Part shown: positions 27,898 to 38,690 of the stretch, in pieces
How positions within the stretch are numbered: position 1 is the stretch's first letter
How the letters are laid out: each line of letters opens with the position of its first letter
Source: Planctomycetota bacterium
GTDB taxonomy: Bacteria; Planctomycetota; UBA11346
Direction of reading: 5' to 3'
Assembly (NCBI GenBank): GCA_013816485.1
Contig: JACDEI010000010.1
Coordinates: forward strand, 54,854 to 118,853
DNA: 64,000 nucleotides
Notes under the pieces: model-generated
Seen by the model: only the letters and a program-made list of their open reading frames with translations
Told to the model about the DNA's origin: nothing
Databases searched by the model: none
Position numbers and translations under genes: made by a program

Positions 27898-28221
27898 TCA
27901 GTCGTCGCTGGCGGCTTTGCGCACTCCGGCGCGTTCCTGGTTGATGCGGCGGTCGAGGTAGTCCACCACGCGACCGATGGTCTCCAGCCCGGCTTCGCCC
28001 GGCAGGGCCTCGTCGAAGTTCACGCCGAAGGCGTCTTCCAGGTCCATCGACACCTCGGCGATGTCGAGCGGGTCCTTGGTGATGTCGGGCACCAGCGCCT
28101 GGTGGTCGTAGTCGAACTCATCGTCATCGCCCGGGTGGGGCAGGTTGTGCAACTTATTGCACATGATCTCGATGACTTCTTCGCGGATGCGCTTCTTGTC
28201 CATGTCGGTCACCGTGCTCAT
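27898..28221 (-). CDS. Acyl-carrier-protein-like protein lacking the phosphopantetheine-acceptor serine (DPLD instead of DSLD), with N- and C-terminal extensions.
   Basis: ...ALVPDITKDPLDIAEVSMDLEDAFGVNFDEA. Compare the adjacent genuine ACP, LGADSLDIAEIMMDLEDAFGVKLEE. The Pro codon ccg was verified on the reverse strand at about 28066. Confidence 0.55.
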   Translation of the reverse strand: MSTVTDMDKKRIREEVIEIMCNKLHNLPHPGDDDEFDYDHQALVPDITKDPLDIAEVSMDLEDAFGVNFDEALPGEAGLETIGRVVDYLDRRINQERAGVRKAASDD

Positions 28222-28327
28222 GTAGTCCTGATCGTGGGGGCGGCGCAGTCTGGTAAGCCCGCAACCGCAGGCAACCACCAGCGGGAGGGGCCTTCCGGAC
28301 CCGTGAAACGGTCGTCAACCGCGGTCT

Positions 28328-29592
<1,265 letters not shown>

Positions 29593-29596
<4 letters not shown>

Positions 29597-29826
29597 TTAG
29601 CGACTTTACCCTCGAGGTACTTGATCACGTCCCCGATGGTCTTGAGGTCCTGATCCTCTTCGAGCTTCACGCCGAAAGCATCTTCAAGGTCCATCATGAT
29701 CTCGGCGATGTCGAGGCTGTCGGCGCCTAGATCGGCGACGATGTTGCTCGCCTCGGTGATGGTGGCCTTGTCGCGGCTCAGGCGATCAGCGATGATGTCG
29801 ATGACCTTGTTACGAATGTCGCTCAC
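29593..29826 (-). CDS. acpP: Acyl carrier protein.
   Basis: (M)SDIRNKVIDIIADRL...DLGADSLDIAEIMMDLEDAFGV. GTG start with an AAGGAG RBS 6 nt upstream. Its stop overlaps the fabF start. Confidence 0.8.
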
Positions 29827-29968
29827 GGCCACTCCTTGAAGCGGGTTCAAGCCCGCAGGGCTTTTCGGTGAAGGGCGGTATCCTGTCGGGCACCCCCTAA
29901 CGGTCAAGGCGGTGTGGCAGGCACTGGTGACGTGGTGCAACCCGCGTCCCGCGTTAGGGTTCCCTTCC

Positions 29969-30592
29969 ATGCCGGTGGCCATGTCAGCATCCAGGTGCGT
30001 TCGCAGTGTGCTCGTCGTGGTGGCGCTCCTGGCCTTAGCGTTGGGCGGATGCGGTGCGCCGGACGACCTACCGGCGCCGGGTGCGGATGGGCTAGTGGTG
30101 GTGCACTGGTGGGACGAGAAGAAGGCCGGGCCACCGGCTTACCTCCAGGCCGAGAAGGTGGTGCAAGGCGACGCGGAGTTCGGCCGGCTGGAATTCAGCG
30201 CGGTGATGATGCGCCTGCCAGGAGAGGACGGCGTGGTCTACGTCACCGCTCCGCTCGCGGTCTACGATCGGGGAGCGAAGGAGGAGATCACCCTGGGTGC
30301 GGATCCCCAGCGTCCGGTCGATGGTCCAGTGCGTTTCGTCGGGCTGTGGAATGGTGATTTCTTCATCGGTCGCGCGGCCAATGGCATCTTCGAGGAGAAA
30401 AGCCATCGCATGCGGCTGGAACAGGTGGAGATCGTCAGCAACGGTGTGCGCCAGCGCACCGCCTGGGCGGCGATCACCCAGAGTCAGACCATCCCGTTCG
30501 GCGAACTGCTGCGCCTGCCGGACGCGCCTGCCCTTACCGCCGCCCTCGCTGCGCTGCCGTCACCGCTGGTGTTGCCGCCAATCCGCCAGTAG
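29969..30592 (+). CDS. Hypothetical lipoprotein.
   Basis: MPVAMSASRCVRSVLVVVALLALALGGCGAPDD (lipobox LGGC). Confidence 0.45.
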   Translation: MPVAMSASRCVRSVLVVVALLALALGGCGAPDDLPAPGADGLVVVHWWDEKKAGPPAYLQAEKVVQGDAEFGRLEFSAVMMRLPGEDGVVYVTAPLAVYDRGAKEEITLGADPQRPVDGPVRFVGLWNGDFFIGRAANGIFEEKSHRMRLEQVEIVSNGVRQRTAWAAITQSQTIPFGELLRLPDAPALTAALAALPSPLVLPPIRQ

Positions 30593-30648
30593 CGCTGCCG
30601 ACGGACAGCCTTGTCCGGCTGGGCGTCGGCGCACGATCCCAGCTACGC

Positions 30649-31473
30649 ATGTGGGATCGTCTGGCACCGTACCTGTGGCTGATGCGCCTGACCTTTCTCA
30701 AGCTCATGGCGTATCGCATGCGTTATGTCACCGGCATCGCCACCTACGGCATCTTCGTCGGCGGACAGTACGCCATCTGGCAGGCGGTGTTCGCGGCCAA
30801 GGGGTTGGCGCCGACGGATGAACTGAACGGGCTGACGCTGCCACAACTCGCGACCTACCTGGCGGTCGGCTACATCGCGCGTTCCGCCTATTTCACCAAC
30901 ACCGATAACGAGATCGCCGCGCGTTTCCAGAGTGGCGACGTGACGCTCGATCTGCTGAAGCCCCTGAATTTCCACGGCCAATGGCTGGCGCAGGCTGCGG
31001 GCGAAACCGCCTTCCGCGTGTTGTTCTTCGCTGCGCCGATGGCACTGGTGCTGGTGCCGTTGTTCGGCGTCCTGCCACCGGGCGGCGACGGCTGGTGGCA
31101 GTTCCCGTTGCTGTTCGTGCTCGCCTTCGTCATCAACGCCGAACTCAACCTGATGGCGGGCACCGCCTGCTTCTGGTTGGAGGACATCAGCGGTCTGCTG
31201 AGCCTGAAACGCAACCTCATCATGCTGCTCTCGGGTCTGATGGTGCCGCTGCATTTTCTGGGCGACACGCTGGGCGCGCTCACCACCGTGCTGCCATTCG
31301 CGCTGTTGTCGTACCTCCCGACCATGGCCTATGTCGGCCAGTTGGGTGTCGCCGGGCATCCGACCTTTCTGCACGTGGTGCTGCTCGGCCTCGTCTGGTT
31401 CGTCATCCTGCGCGGCGGCAACCTCGCGTTGTGGCGTTTGGCGCAGCGGCGCCTGGAGGTGCAGGGGGGATGA
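30649..31473 (+). CDS. ABC-2-type transporter permease. No cognate ATPase gene is adjacent.
   Basis: Six TM segments in an ABC-2 (DUF990-like) arrangement. Confidence 0.55.
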   Translation: MWDRLAPYLWLMRLTFLKLMAYRMRYVTGIATYGIFVGGQYAIWQAVFAAKGLAPTDELNGLTLPQLATYLAVGYIARSAYFTNTDNEIAARFQSGDVTLDLLKPLNFHGQWLAQAAGETAFRVLFFAAPMALVLVPLFGVLPPGGDGWWQFPLLFVLAFVINAELNLMAGTACFWLEDISGLLSLKRNLIMLLSGLMVPLHFLGDTLGALTTVLPFALLSYLPTMAYVGQLGVAGHPTFLHVVLLGLVWFVILRGGNLALWRLAQRRLEVQGG

Positions 31474-31486
31474 GGGCGGCAAAAGC

Positions 31487-31520
31487 GCAAATGCAGAGTG
31501 CAGAATGCAGAATGCAGAAT
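31487..31520. repeat. Single-arm tandem heptamer (TGCAGAA/TGCAGAG)x4 immediately upstream of the uracil-DNA glycosylase start.
   Basis: gcaaatgcagagtgcagaatgcagaatgcagaat. No complementary arm was found within 100 nt. Confidence 0.65.
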
Positions 31521-31531
31521 AAGGCTGGGGC

Positions 31532-32329
31532 ATGGACGAACGCGAGGACCTGGCGCGCAATCTGAAACAACTGATCGAACTTGATCGGGCGTTGGGCATC
31601 GACTTCGTGTTCAAGCCGGCGGCGACCGCTGGGCTGGTGCCCGCGGTGTTGGATCCTGCGGTCACCGTCAAACCGGTTCCCGCGGTGAAGGCAGCGGTAA
31701 CGCCCGCTCCACCACCCCGAGCCCCGAGCCCCGAGCCCCTTTCCCCAATCGCTGACGGCCCCGATTCACTTGAAAAAATCGCCGCTGAGATCGCCACCTG
31801 TCGTGCCTGCGGCTTGTGCGAGACGCGTCGCAGCACGGTGCCGGGCGAAGGCAATCCGCAGCCGGAGCTGTTGTTTGTCGGTGAAGGCCCGGGTGCGGAC
31901 GAGGACGCCACCGGTCGTCCGTTCGTTGGCGCGGCGGGACAACTGCTGACCAAGATGATCATCGCGATGGGCCTGAAGCGCGAGGACGTCTACATCGCCA
32001 ACATCATCAAATGCCGTCCGCCCGGCAACCGCACGCCGGAACCGGCCGAGGTCACCGCCTGCATGGGTTACCTGCGCCGCCAGATCGCGCTGTTGAAACC
32101 CAAGATCATCTGTTCCCTCGGCAACACGCCACTGCGCGCGTTGATGAACGACGACTCGCTCGGCATCACGCGCATGCGTGGCCAGAAACTTCAATTCGCC
32201 GGTATCATCATGATCCCGACGTTCCATCCCAGCTACCTGCTCAGGGACGAAGAGGCGAAGAAGCCATGTTGGGAGGATCTCAAGCTAGTGTTGAAGGAAC
32301 TCGGACGCGAGCTGCCGAAACGCGGATGA
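31532..32329 (+). CDS. Uracil-DNA glycosylase, family 4.
   Basis: GEGPGADEDATGRPFVGAAGQLL...ANIIKCRPPGNRTP...HPSYLLR. The N-terminal ~90 aa is Pro/Ala-rich. Confidence 0.8.
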   Translation: MDEREDLARNLKQLIELDRALGIDFVFKPAATAGLVPAVLDPAVTVKPVPAVKAAVTPAPPPRAPSPEPLSPIADGPDSLEKIAAEIATCRACGLCETRRSTVPGEGNPQPELLFVGEGPGADEDATGRPFVGAAGQLLTKMIIAMGLKREDVYIANIIKCRPPGNRTPEPAEVTACMGYLRRQIALLKPKIICSLGNTPLRALMNDDSLGITRMRGQKLQFAGIIMIPTFHPSYLLRDEEAKKPCWEDLKLVLKELGRELPKRG

Positions 32330-32482
32330 GGGGCGAGGATCCACGAGTGGCGACACCGGTGGTTGTTGCTGGCCCCTACTCATGCACTGATTTGCGCCTG
32401 ACGCACTCGCCTGTGCAACGTGCCACCATGCCGACCCATCAGTAGACAGCCCCGACCCGTGCTTACGGTGCACTGACAGCAC

Positions 32483-35400
32483 ATGCCTCCGTTCGACCCA
32501 GACCAACCGGAAGACCGCCTCCTGCACGAGGCGGAAGAACTGATGCGCCAGCGGCGCTTTCAGGATGCGGTGACGCGCTACCAGGATCTCTGTCACCAAT
32601 CGCCGACCGACTTGTGGGCCAACCTTGGCTATGTCAGCGCGCTCGAATGCGCCGGCAATGTCGCCGAGGCGGAGCAGGCGCTCGAAGAAGCCACTGCTGG
32701 TCACCGGCGTTCAGCCCCGCTGCACCGCTTCCGTCACCTGTTCTTCGTCCGGCGCGAGGACCTGAAGCGCGCGGCCGTCAGCCAGGAGGCGTTGTCGCTC
32801 GACATCCCCGACGAGGGGCCTGAGGACCAGCTCGCCGACCTCTACTTCAACCAGGGCCGCTACCACGAGGCGCGCGGCGAACTCGAACGCCTGCTGCGCG
32901 ACAGTGCGCTTGACCGTGAGGATCGTGCCGATCTCAAGGCCAGCGTGGTCGCCCGTGTCGGCGCGTGCCTGCGCCAGAGCGGCGAGTTCGAGCCGGCGCG
33001 GGAACGCCTGATCGAAGCGCTCGCGCTCGAGCCTGGCAACCACTGGACGCTCTCCGAACTGGCCGAGTGCGAACGCGCGCTCGGTAATGTCGCGCAGGCG
33101 CGTCGGCGTTACCGCGAATCGTTGGAGGCCAACGGCGACGATCACTGGACGCGTGGGCACCTCGCCCAGCTCGAATGCGAAGACGGCAATCTCGACGAAG
33201 CGATCAAACTCTACGAGCAGATCCTTGCGGTCGAACCCAAGGCCGCATGGGCCAAGGTCGAACTGGCGCAGGTGGTGGCGGACAACGATCGCGCGCGTGC
33301 GACCCAACTGCTCGCCAGCGCGCTGGAGGACGACCCCAATTATCCGTGGGCGCATGCCCAACTCGGCAACCTCGCGCGTCGTGCCGGGCGTCTGGACGAA
33401 GCGCGTCTGCATTATCAGCGCGCCGCCGCCGCCGCGCCGAGCGCGACCTGGGTGTTGCACGAACAAGCTGATGTCTGCCGCCAACTCGGGCGCATGCAGG
33501 AGGCCTACACCCACCTCGAACACGCGCGCGGACTCAATCCCTACGACGCGGTGACCTTCGGTTATTTCGCCGACCTGCTGCGCCACGAAGGCAAACAGCG
33601 CGAAGCGCTGGCGAATCTGGAGAAAGCGGTCGAGATCGATCCCGCCTACACCTGGGCGTGGCGCGAGCAGGCCGAGCTCAAGGCGCTCGCCGGGCGGCAC
33701 GACGATGCCGAGGCGGCGTACAAGAAGGCCTGCGAACTCGAACCCGGCGAGTCGATCAACGATGGCCTCAAGGCCTTCCTGCTGCGTTGCCAGGGCCGGC
33801 GCGACGCGGCGATCCCGTACCTCGAACGTGCGGTCGAAAACCAGAAGGACTACCTGTGGGCGTGGCGCGAGCACATCGACCACTGCTTCGCTGGTGGGCG
33901 CACGGATCAGGCCGAGACCGTCGCACGGCAGGCGCTGGTCGCGCTGCCCGACACGCCACCGCTGCTCGCCCTGCTCGCGGAGGCCTTGCGTAAACAGGGC
34001 CGCCGCAAGGAGGCCGCCGAGGTCGCGGCCAAGGCCCTCACCATCGTCAGCGAAGCGCCGCAGTTGTGGGCGATCCAGGCGGAGATCGCGGCGGAGGACG
34101 GTGATCTGGTAAGTGCCCTGACGTCAGCCAAACGTGCGGCGGAACTCGATCGTGGCGCGGAGTACCAGGCGTTGCACGCCCACCTGCTGATCGCCAACAG
34201 CCAGGACCGTCAGGCTGATACCATCGTCACCGCCCTGCTGGCTGCGCCGCAACCGGTGCTCGCGGCCTACGAACTGGCGGCGACCCTGGCCGAACGCCGC
34301 GAGCAACGCGACCAGGCGATCCGCTGGTGTGTGCAGGCGCTCGAGGGTGCCTACGCCGACGAGCCGCGCCTGCTGGTGCGTCGTGCACGTCTGCAGTTGG
34401 TGGGCCTGGATGTCACCAGCGAAGCGGAGCAGACCGCGTCGATCATCGCTCCGCTGCGTCCGTTGTTCGAACGCAGCGCCGGCGTGCCTTGGCGTGAACT
34501 TGCGCAGGTCCTGGCCACCGCGCGGCAGCCGGTGCTGGCGCGTCGTGCGGCGCACCAGCATCTGTTGGCGACTGCTGCTGGGGATCAGAGCCGCGCGTGG
34601 ATGGTGTTGGCGGAACTGGAACTGTCGCTCGGTCATCCGACCGATTCGCAGCAGGCGCTCGATCAGGCGTTGCGGCACGATCCGCAGTCGATGCCGGCGC
34701 TCATCCTGGGTGCGGTGCTGGCCGAGCAGCGTGGCGATCTGAGTTTGGCGATCACTCACCTGGAACAGCTTGATCGCATAATCGCCACCAATGACCCAGG
34801 GGTCGAGGCCGGCAGCAACGAAGCCGTGCTGCACCGCCAGCTCGCGGTGCTCTACGAACGTGCCGGCCGCCACAGCGATGCGGAAGCGATGTGGTCGCGC
34901 ATCGTCAGTGATCATCCCACGCATCTGCCGCACCAGGCCGAACGCTGCTGTTTCCTGCTGCGACGTGGCCGTGGTGCCGAAGCCCAGGCGGCGGCGGGCG
35001 AACTGCTGCCGGCGCTCGGCGAACGTCATGCCACGGCACCGGAGACCCAGCGTCTGCTCAAGGATCTCGCGATTCACGCCGCCACCTCCGCCGGTGCGCG
35101 AGCGGGCATCGCGGTGTTGGAAGCGGCTGATGGCCACCTGGTGGTCACCAACCGGCTGTTGCTCGCACAGCTCGCGATGCTGGTCGAGGCGCGCGACCTG
35201 GCGACGCGCCAACTCGATCTGGTCGAACAGGTGGAGCCGAGCAACCGCGCTGCGCGCTTGCAGCGTATCCGCCTGCTGGCCCAGACCCGGGTCTACGACC
35301 GCGCGCTGACGCTGGCGGAAACCCTGTGGCGCGAGGACGAGGACGATCAGGAAGCCGCGACGCTCTATAGCGAATGCTTGGCGATCGGCGGACGCAGCGG

Positions 35401-35881
35401 CGAGGCCTTGGAGCTGCTCGACCGCGTCACGGCGAAAACGCCGCCGACCACCGACTGTGGACTGGTCAGCGCGTTGCTGGCGTTGGAGGTGCATGGCGAA
35501 GCGGCTTGCCTGACGCGCCTTGGCCGCCTGACGCCACCGGTGACCCGTCCACCGGTGGCCCGTGTGGTGGTGGCGGCTTGGCCCGATGCCTGGGCCAAGC
35601 CCGATGCGATGCAGGTGGCGACGCGCGAGGATCTCCACGGTCTGCCGCCATTTCCGCGCCTAGCACACCGTCTGTCCCGCGCGCTCGCCCGCGCCGGCCG
35701 CAACGATCTGGCCAGCGCAGTGCTGCTGACGACTGCACGTCGGGTGCAGTCGCTCGAGGAGCGGGCGCTGCGCGCCGCAGCGGTACCGTACCTGATCCGC
35801 AACGGCGAGCGCCGGCGCGCCTGGAAGATCGCCATCGCCAGCCGTTCGCTGGGTGCCCTGCTGCGCTGCCTGTGGCCATGA
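32483..35881 (+). CDS. Large tetratricopeptide-repeat (TPR) protein, 1132 aa.
   Basis: More than 20 recurring 34-aa W-LG-Y-A-F-A-P repeats, e.g. AWANLGYVSALECAGNVAEAEQALEEA and WAHAQLGNLARRAGRLDEARLHYQRAA. Confidence 0.8.
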   Translation: MPPFDPDQPEDRLLHEAEELMRQRRFQDAVTRYQDLCHQSPTDLWANLGYVSALECAGNVAEAEQALEEATAGHRRSAPLHRFRHLFFVRREDLKRAAVSQEALSLDIPDEGPEDQLADLYFNQGRYHEARGELERLLRDSALDREDRADLKASVVARVGACLRQSGEFEPARERLIEALALEPGNHWTLSELAECERALGNVAQARRRYRESLEANGDDHWTRGHLAQLECEDGNLDEAIKLYEQILAVEPKAAWAKVELAQVVADNDRARATQLLASALEDDPNYPWAHAQLGNLARRAGRLDEARLHYQRAAAAAPSATWVLHEQADVCRQLGRMQEAYTHLEHARGLNPYDAVTFGYFADLLRHEGKQREALANLEKAVEIDPAYTWAWREQAELKALAGRHDDAEAAYKKACELEPGESINDGLKAFLLRCQGRRDAAIPYLERAVENQKDYLWAWREHIDHCFAGGRTDQAETVARQALVALPDTPPLLALLAEALRKQGRRKEAAEVAAKALTIVSEAPQLWAIQAEIAAEDGDLVSALTSAKRAAELDRGAEYQALHAHLLIANSQDRQADTIVTALLAAPQPVLAAYELAATLAERREQRDQAIRWCVQALEGAYADEPRLLVRRARLQLVGLDVTSEAEQTASIIAPLRPLFERSAGVPWRELAQVLATARQPVLARRAAHQHLLATAAGDQSRAWMVLAELELSLGHPTDSQQALDQALRHDPQSMPALILGAVLAEQRGDLSLAITHLEQLDRIIATNDPGVEAGSNEAVLHRQLAVLYERAGRHSDAEAMWSRIVSDHPTHLPHQAERCCFLLRRGRGAEAQAAAGELLPALGERHATAPETQRLLKDLAIHAATSAGARAGIAVLEAADGHLVVTNRLLLAQLAMLVEARDLATRQLDLVEQVEPSNRAARLQRIRLLAQTRVYDRALTLAETLWREDEDDQEAATLYSECLAIGGRSGEALELLDRVTAKTPPTTDCGLVSALLALEVHGEAACLTRLGRLTPPVTRPPVARVVVAAWPDAWAKPDAMQVATREDLHGLPPFPRLAHRLSRALARAGRNDLASAVLLTTARRVQSLEERALRAAAVPYLIRNGERRRAWKIAIASRSLGALLRCLWP

Positions 35882-36242
35882 CAACGGCGGCCATGACAAC
35901 GGCGGCCATGACAACGGCGGCCATGACAACGGCGGCCATGACATCTGTGGTGATGACATGAGTGGCCATGATCGCCAAAGGCGCCCGCGTGATCAGGTGC
36001 CCGACCAGGGATCAGTACTGTGGAACGCGGTGCCGTGGTGGCATCTGCTCGGCACTGCCCTGGTGAGCGGACTCATCGCCGGCGGAGGTTTCTGGTGGTC
36101 GGGTGTGGATCATAGCGCAAAGGGACCGGTGTTCCTGATGGCCATCGCAGCGATCTTCGCCTGCATCGCGATTGGCTGCCTGGTGCTGCTCGTCTGGCAT
36201 GGGGTCCTGCGTTGGCGACGACCAGCGCATTGCCCCTCTTGA
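35853..36242 (+). CDS. Small two-TM membrane protein with an N-terminal His-rich (HDNGG)4 repeat. The start is uncertain (any of several in-frame codons between 35853 and 35958).
   Basis: ...GHDNGGHDNGGHDNGGHDNGGHDICGDDMSGHD..., then LLGTALVSGLIAGGGFWWSG and FLMAIAAIFACIAIGCLVLLVW. Confidence 0.4.
   Translation: MPCCAACGHDNGGHDNGGHDNGGHDNGGHDICGDDMSGHDRQRRPRDQVPDQGSVLWNAVPWWHLLGTALVSGLIAGGGFWWSGVDHSAKGPVFLMAIAAIFACIAIGCLVLLVWHGVLRWRRPAHCPS
35877..35951. repeat. 15-bp tandem repeat (CCATGACAACGGCGG)x4 plus one degenerate copy. It starts at the TPR stop codon and encodes (HDNGG)n in the frame of the downstream small membrane protein.
   Basis: ccatgacaacggcgg x4 then ccatgacatctgtgg. The unit length is divisible by 3. 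Each unit also contains an ATG in another frame. Confidence 0.8.
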
Positions 36243-36274
36243 GCGACCGGGTCCGGTCCCTCTCATAGCCGCCC

Positions 36275-37060
36275 ATGGCCCTCATCGCGCTCACGCGCCT
36301 TACCGTTGCCGATTCGATCCGTCAGCCGGTGACTTGGTTGGCGACCATCCTGGCGCTCGTGCTGCTGGTGATGAGCTACCTCTTCGGCATGTTCAACTTC
36401 GAGACCCAGGACCGTCTGCGCATGGTCGCCACCGCGGGTGTGGCGGTGGCGATGCTCAATGGCCTGTTCCTCGCCGTGGTTGGAGCCTCGCAGAGTGTCT
36501 ACGATGAACTGGCAAGCCGCACCGCGCTGACCCTGTTCGCCAAGCCGCTCTCGCGTGGCAGTTTCCTGGTCGGCAAGGCGCTCGGCATCTGGCTGGTGAT
36601 CGTCGGTGCAACGCTGCTGATCGCGGCGGCCCACCTCGGAGTGCTGGCCTATGCTCAGTACACCGGTTTCGAGGATGATCCGGCCCGGCGTGACTTCGTC
36701 GGGCATGAGGACCTGTGGGTGCCCTGGCGTGAGGTGATCCTGGCGCATGTCCTGGGGCTGGCACATGGGGCCGTGATGACCTGCCTGGCCACGGTGCTGG
36801 CGCTACGTCTGCCTTTAGTGGCCAACATCCTGGCCTGTTTCGCCGCTTTTGTGGTCAGCCACGTCGCTGCCGGGCTGGGATTCATGGGTGGCGTGGCCCT
36901 GCCAGCGCTCGCGCTCTTCCAAGTGGATGACAGCATCCAATTGCCGGGACATCCCCTGTCTCTAGGGTACCTTGGTCTGACCATGCTTTACTCCGCGATG
37001 TACTGCGCAGGCTGTCTCGCGATCGGCTTGGCGTTGTTCAAACGCCAAGACATCGCGTGA
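36275..37060 (+). CDS. ABC-2-type transporter permease-like membrane protein.
   Basis: Six TM segments, NosY/GldF-like. No ATPase partner is adjacent. Confidence 0.5.
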   Translation: MALIALTRLTVADSIRQPVTWLATILALVLLVMSYLFGMFNFETQDRLRMVATAGVAVAMLNGLFLAVVGASQSVYDELASRTALTLFAKPLSRGSFLVGKALGIWLVIVGATLLIAAAHLGVLAYAQYTGFEDDPARRDFVGHEDLWVPWREVILAHVLGLAHGAVMTCLATVLALRLPLVANILACFAAFVVSHVAAGLGFMGGVALPALALFQVDDSIQLPGHPLSLGYLGLTMLYSAMYCAGCLAIGLALFKRQDIA

Positions 37061-37090
37061 CCGTCCAGCACTCCCTCAAGGCGACCCCTC

Positions 37091-37822
37091 GTGCGTTACG
37101 CATTCCTCGGTGACATCCACGGCAATACCGAAGCACTCGACGTGGTGCTTGCTGCCATCCGTTCGGAGAAGGTCGACAAGATTGTCTGCCTCGGTGACAT
37201 CGTCGGCTACGGTGCCGAACCGGCCAAATGCCTGGAGGCCATCCGCGCGCTCAACTGCGATGTGATCGCGGGCAACCACGACTGGGCGGCGGTGGGCAAA
37301 GTCTCGATCGACTGCTTCAACGCCTACGCCAAGGCCGCGGCGATCTGGACGCGTGAACAGCTCACCGACGAACAGAAACAGTGGATCATCAATCTGCCGC
37401 TGACGCTGACCTACCCGGATTGCGCGGTGGCGCATGGCACCTTCCACCAGCCGGAAGCCTTCAACTACATTCAGACGGTGTTCGACGCGCAGCAGAGCTT
37501 CGAGTCGCTCAAGCGCATGGGAGCCAAGCTCGGCTTCCTCGGCCATAGCCACGTGCCGGTCGGCTTCTTCGACACGGATCCGATCACCTACACACTTGAT
37601 GGCGAGATCCCGGTCGACGAAGACATCTCGATCATGGTCAACGCCGGCAGTGTCGGTCAGCCGCGCGATGAGAACAACAAGGCGAGCTTCGCGCTGTACG
37701 ACAACGAAGCCAAGACCGTGCAGATTCGCCGTGTGGAGTACGACATCGATGCCGCGGCGAACAAGATCCGCGAAGTCGGGCTGCCAGAAATCTTGGCCGC
37801 GCGTCTGTATCAGGGGAAATGA
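37091..37822 (+). CDS. Metallophosphoesterase (calcineurin-like phosphoesterase).
   Basis: MRYAFLGDIHGN, CLGDIVGYG, GNHD, GHSHVP motifs. Confidence 0.8.
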   Translation: MRYAFLGDIHGNTEALDVVLAAIRSEKVDKIVCLGDIVGYGAEPAKCLEAIRALNCDVIAGNHDWAAVGKVSIDCFNAYAKAAAIWTREQLTDEQKQWIINLPLTLTYPDCAVAHGTFHQPEAFNYIQTVFDAQQSFESLKRMGAKLGFLGHSHVPVGFFDTDPITYTLDGEIPVDEDISIMVNAGSVGQPRDENNKASFALYDNEAKTVQIRRVEYDIDAAANKIREVGLPEILAARLYQGK

Positions 37823-37832
37823 AGGGCACGTT

Positions 37833-37972
37833 CCGGAGTCCGGAGTCCGGAGTCCGGAGTCTTGTGGATTCCGACCAATGCGTCTGCGTCCGTGCGCGTG
37901 ACGTCGTGGTTATCTGCTCGGCGGTGGCGTTGGACCTCGGGACCCCGGATCCCGGACCCCGGACCCCGGACT
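37833..37972. repeat. GTCCGGR-type tandem-heptamer inverted-repeat element: (CCGGAGT)x4, a 78-nt spacer, then (GACCCCG)x4. It lies between the metallophosphoesterase stop and the trpF start.
   Basis: Left arm tccggagtccggagtccggagtccggagtc. Spacer begins cttgtggattccgaccaatg. Right arm gggaccccggatcccggaccccggaccccggac. The arms pair perfectly with G-U wobble on the bottom-strand transcript. Confidence 0.8.
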
Positions 37973-37979
37973 GGTTGCC

Positions 37980-38588
37980 ATGAAGATCAAGTTCTGCGGT
38001 TTCACCCGTGATGAAGACGTGCGTGCCGCCATCGAGCTCGGCGTCGACGCCATCGGCCTCAATCTCGCGCGCGGACCACGCAAGATCAGCGTCGAACGTG
38101 CCGCGGAGCTGGCGCGCCTGATTCCGCCCTTCGTCACCGCGGTGGCACTGTTCGTCGATGCCGATGACCTGGACATCCTCGAAGCGATGCGCGTAACGCG
38201 CTGCACTGCGGTGCAGTTGCACGGCAACGAACCGCCGGAATTGGCGGCACGCCTGCGCACGCGCTTCCCGGTGATCAAGGCCTTCGCGGTGAAGGACGCG
38301 GCGGCGCTCAGTGCGGTGCGCGGCTATCCGGCGGACGCGTACCTGCTGGATGCGGCGGTACCGGGTGTGGCTGGCGGTAGTGGAGTCGCCTGGGACCACC
38401 ACCTACTCGCCGGTGTGGCCTTCGACCGTCCGGTGATCCTCGCCGGTGGCCTGAGTCCAACGACCGTGGGGTCGGCGGTCGCCGCGACGAAGCCTTACGG
38501 GGTCGATGTGGCCAGTGGCATCGAATCCGCTCCGGCGATCAAAGATCCAGCGTTGATGCGCGCATTCGTCGCTGCCTGTCGGCGATAG
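37980..38588 (+). CDS. trpF: Phosphoribosylanthranilate isomerase.
   Basis: MKIKFCGFTRDEDVRAAIELGVDAIGLN...ILAGGLSPTTV. Confidence 0.85.
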   Translation: MKIKFCGFTRDEDVRAAIELGVDAIGLNLARGPRKISVERAAELARLIPPFVTAVALFVDADDLDILEAMRVTRCTAVQLHGNEPPELAARLRTRFPVIKAFAVKDAAALSAVRGYPADAYLLDAAVPGVAGGSGVAWDHHLLAGVAFDRPVILAGGLSPTTVGSAVAATKPYGVDVASGIESAPAIKDPALMRAFVAACRR

Positions 38589-38690
38589 CCTCCCGGGAGG
38601 GCAACCGCCGCCCTTCCCAGGCCATTGCCCCACCCGTCGGGCCAACGACAACACGCCGTCATGCAGTCACCCCGCCCAGGCGGTCCGGCG

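Noticed and set aside
32711-35638. Minus-strand ORFs of 390 aa and 504 aa.
   Set aside because: Antisense to the TPR gene, whose 34-aa repeat periodicity identifies the true frame.
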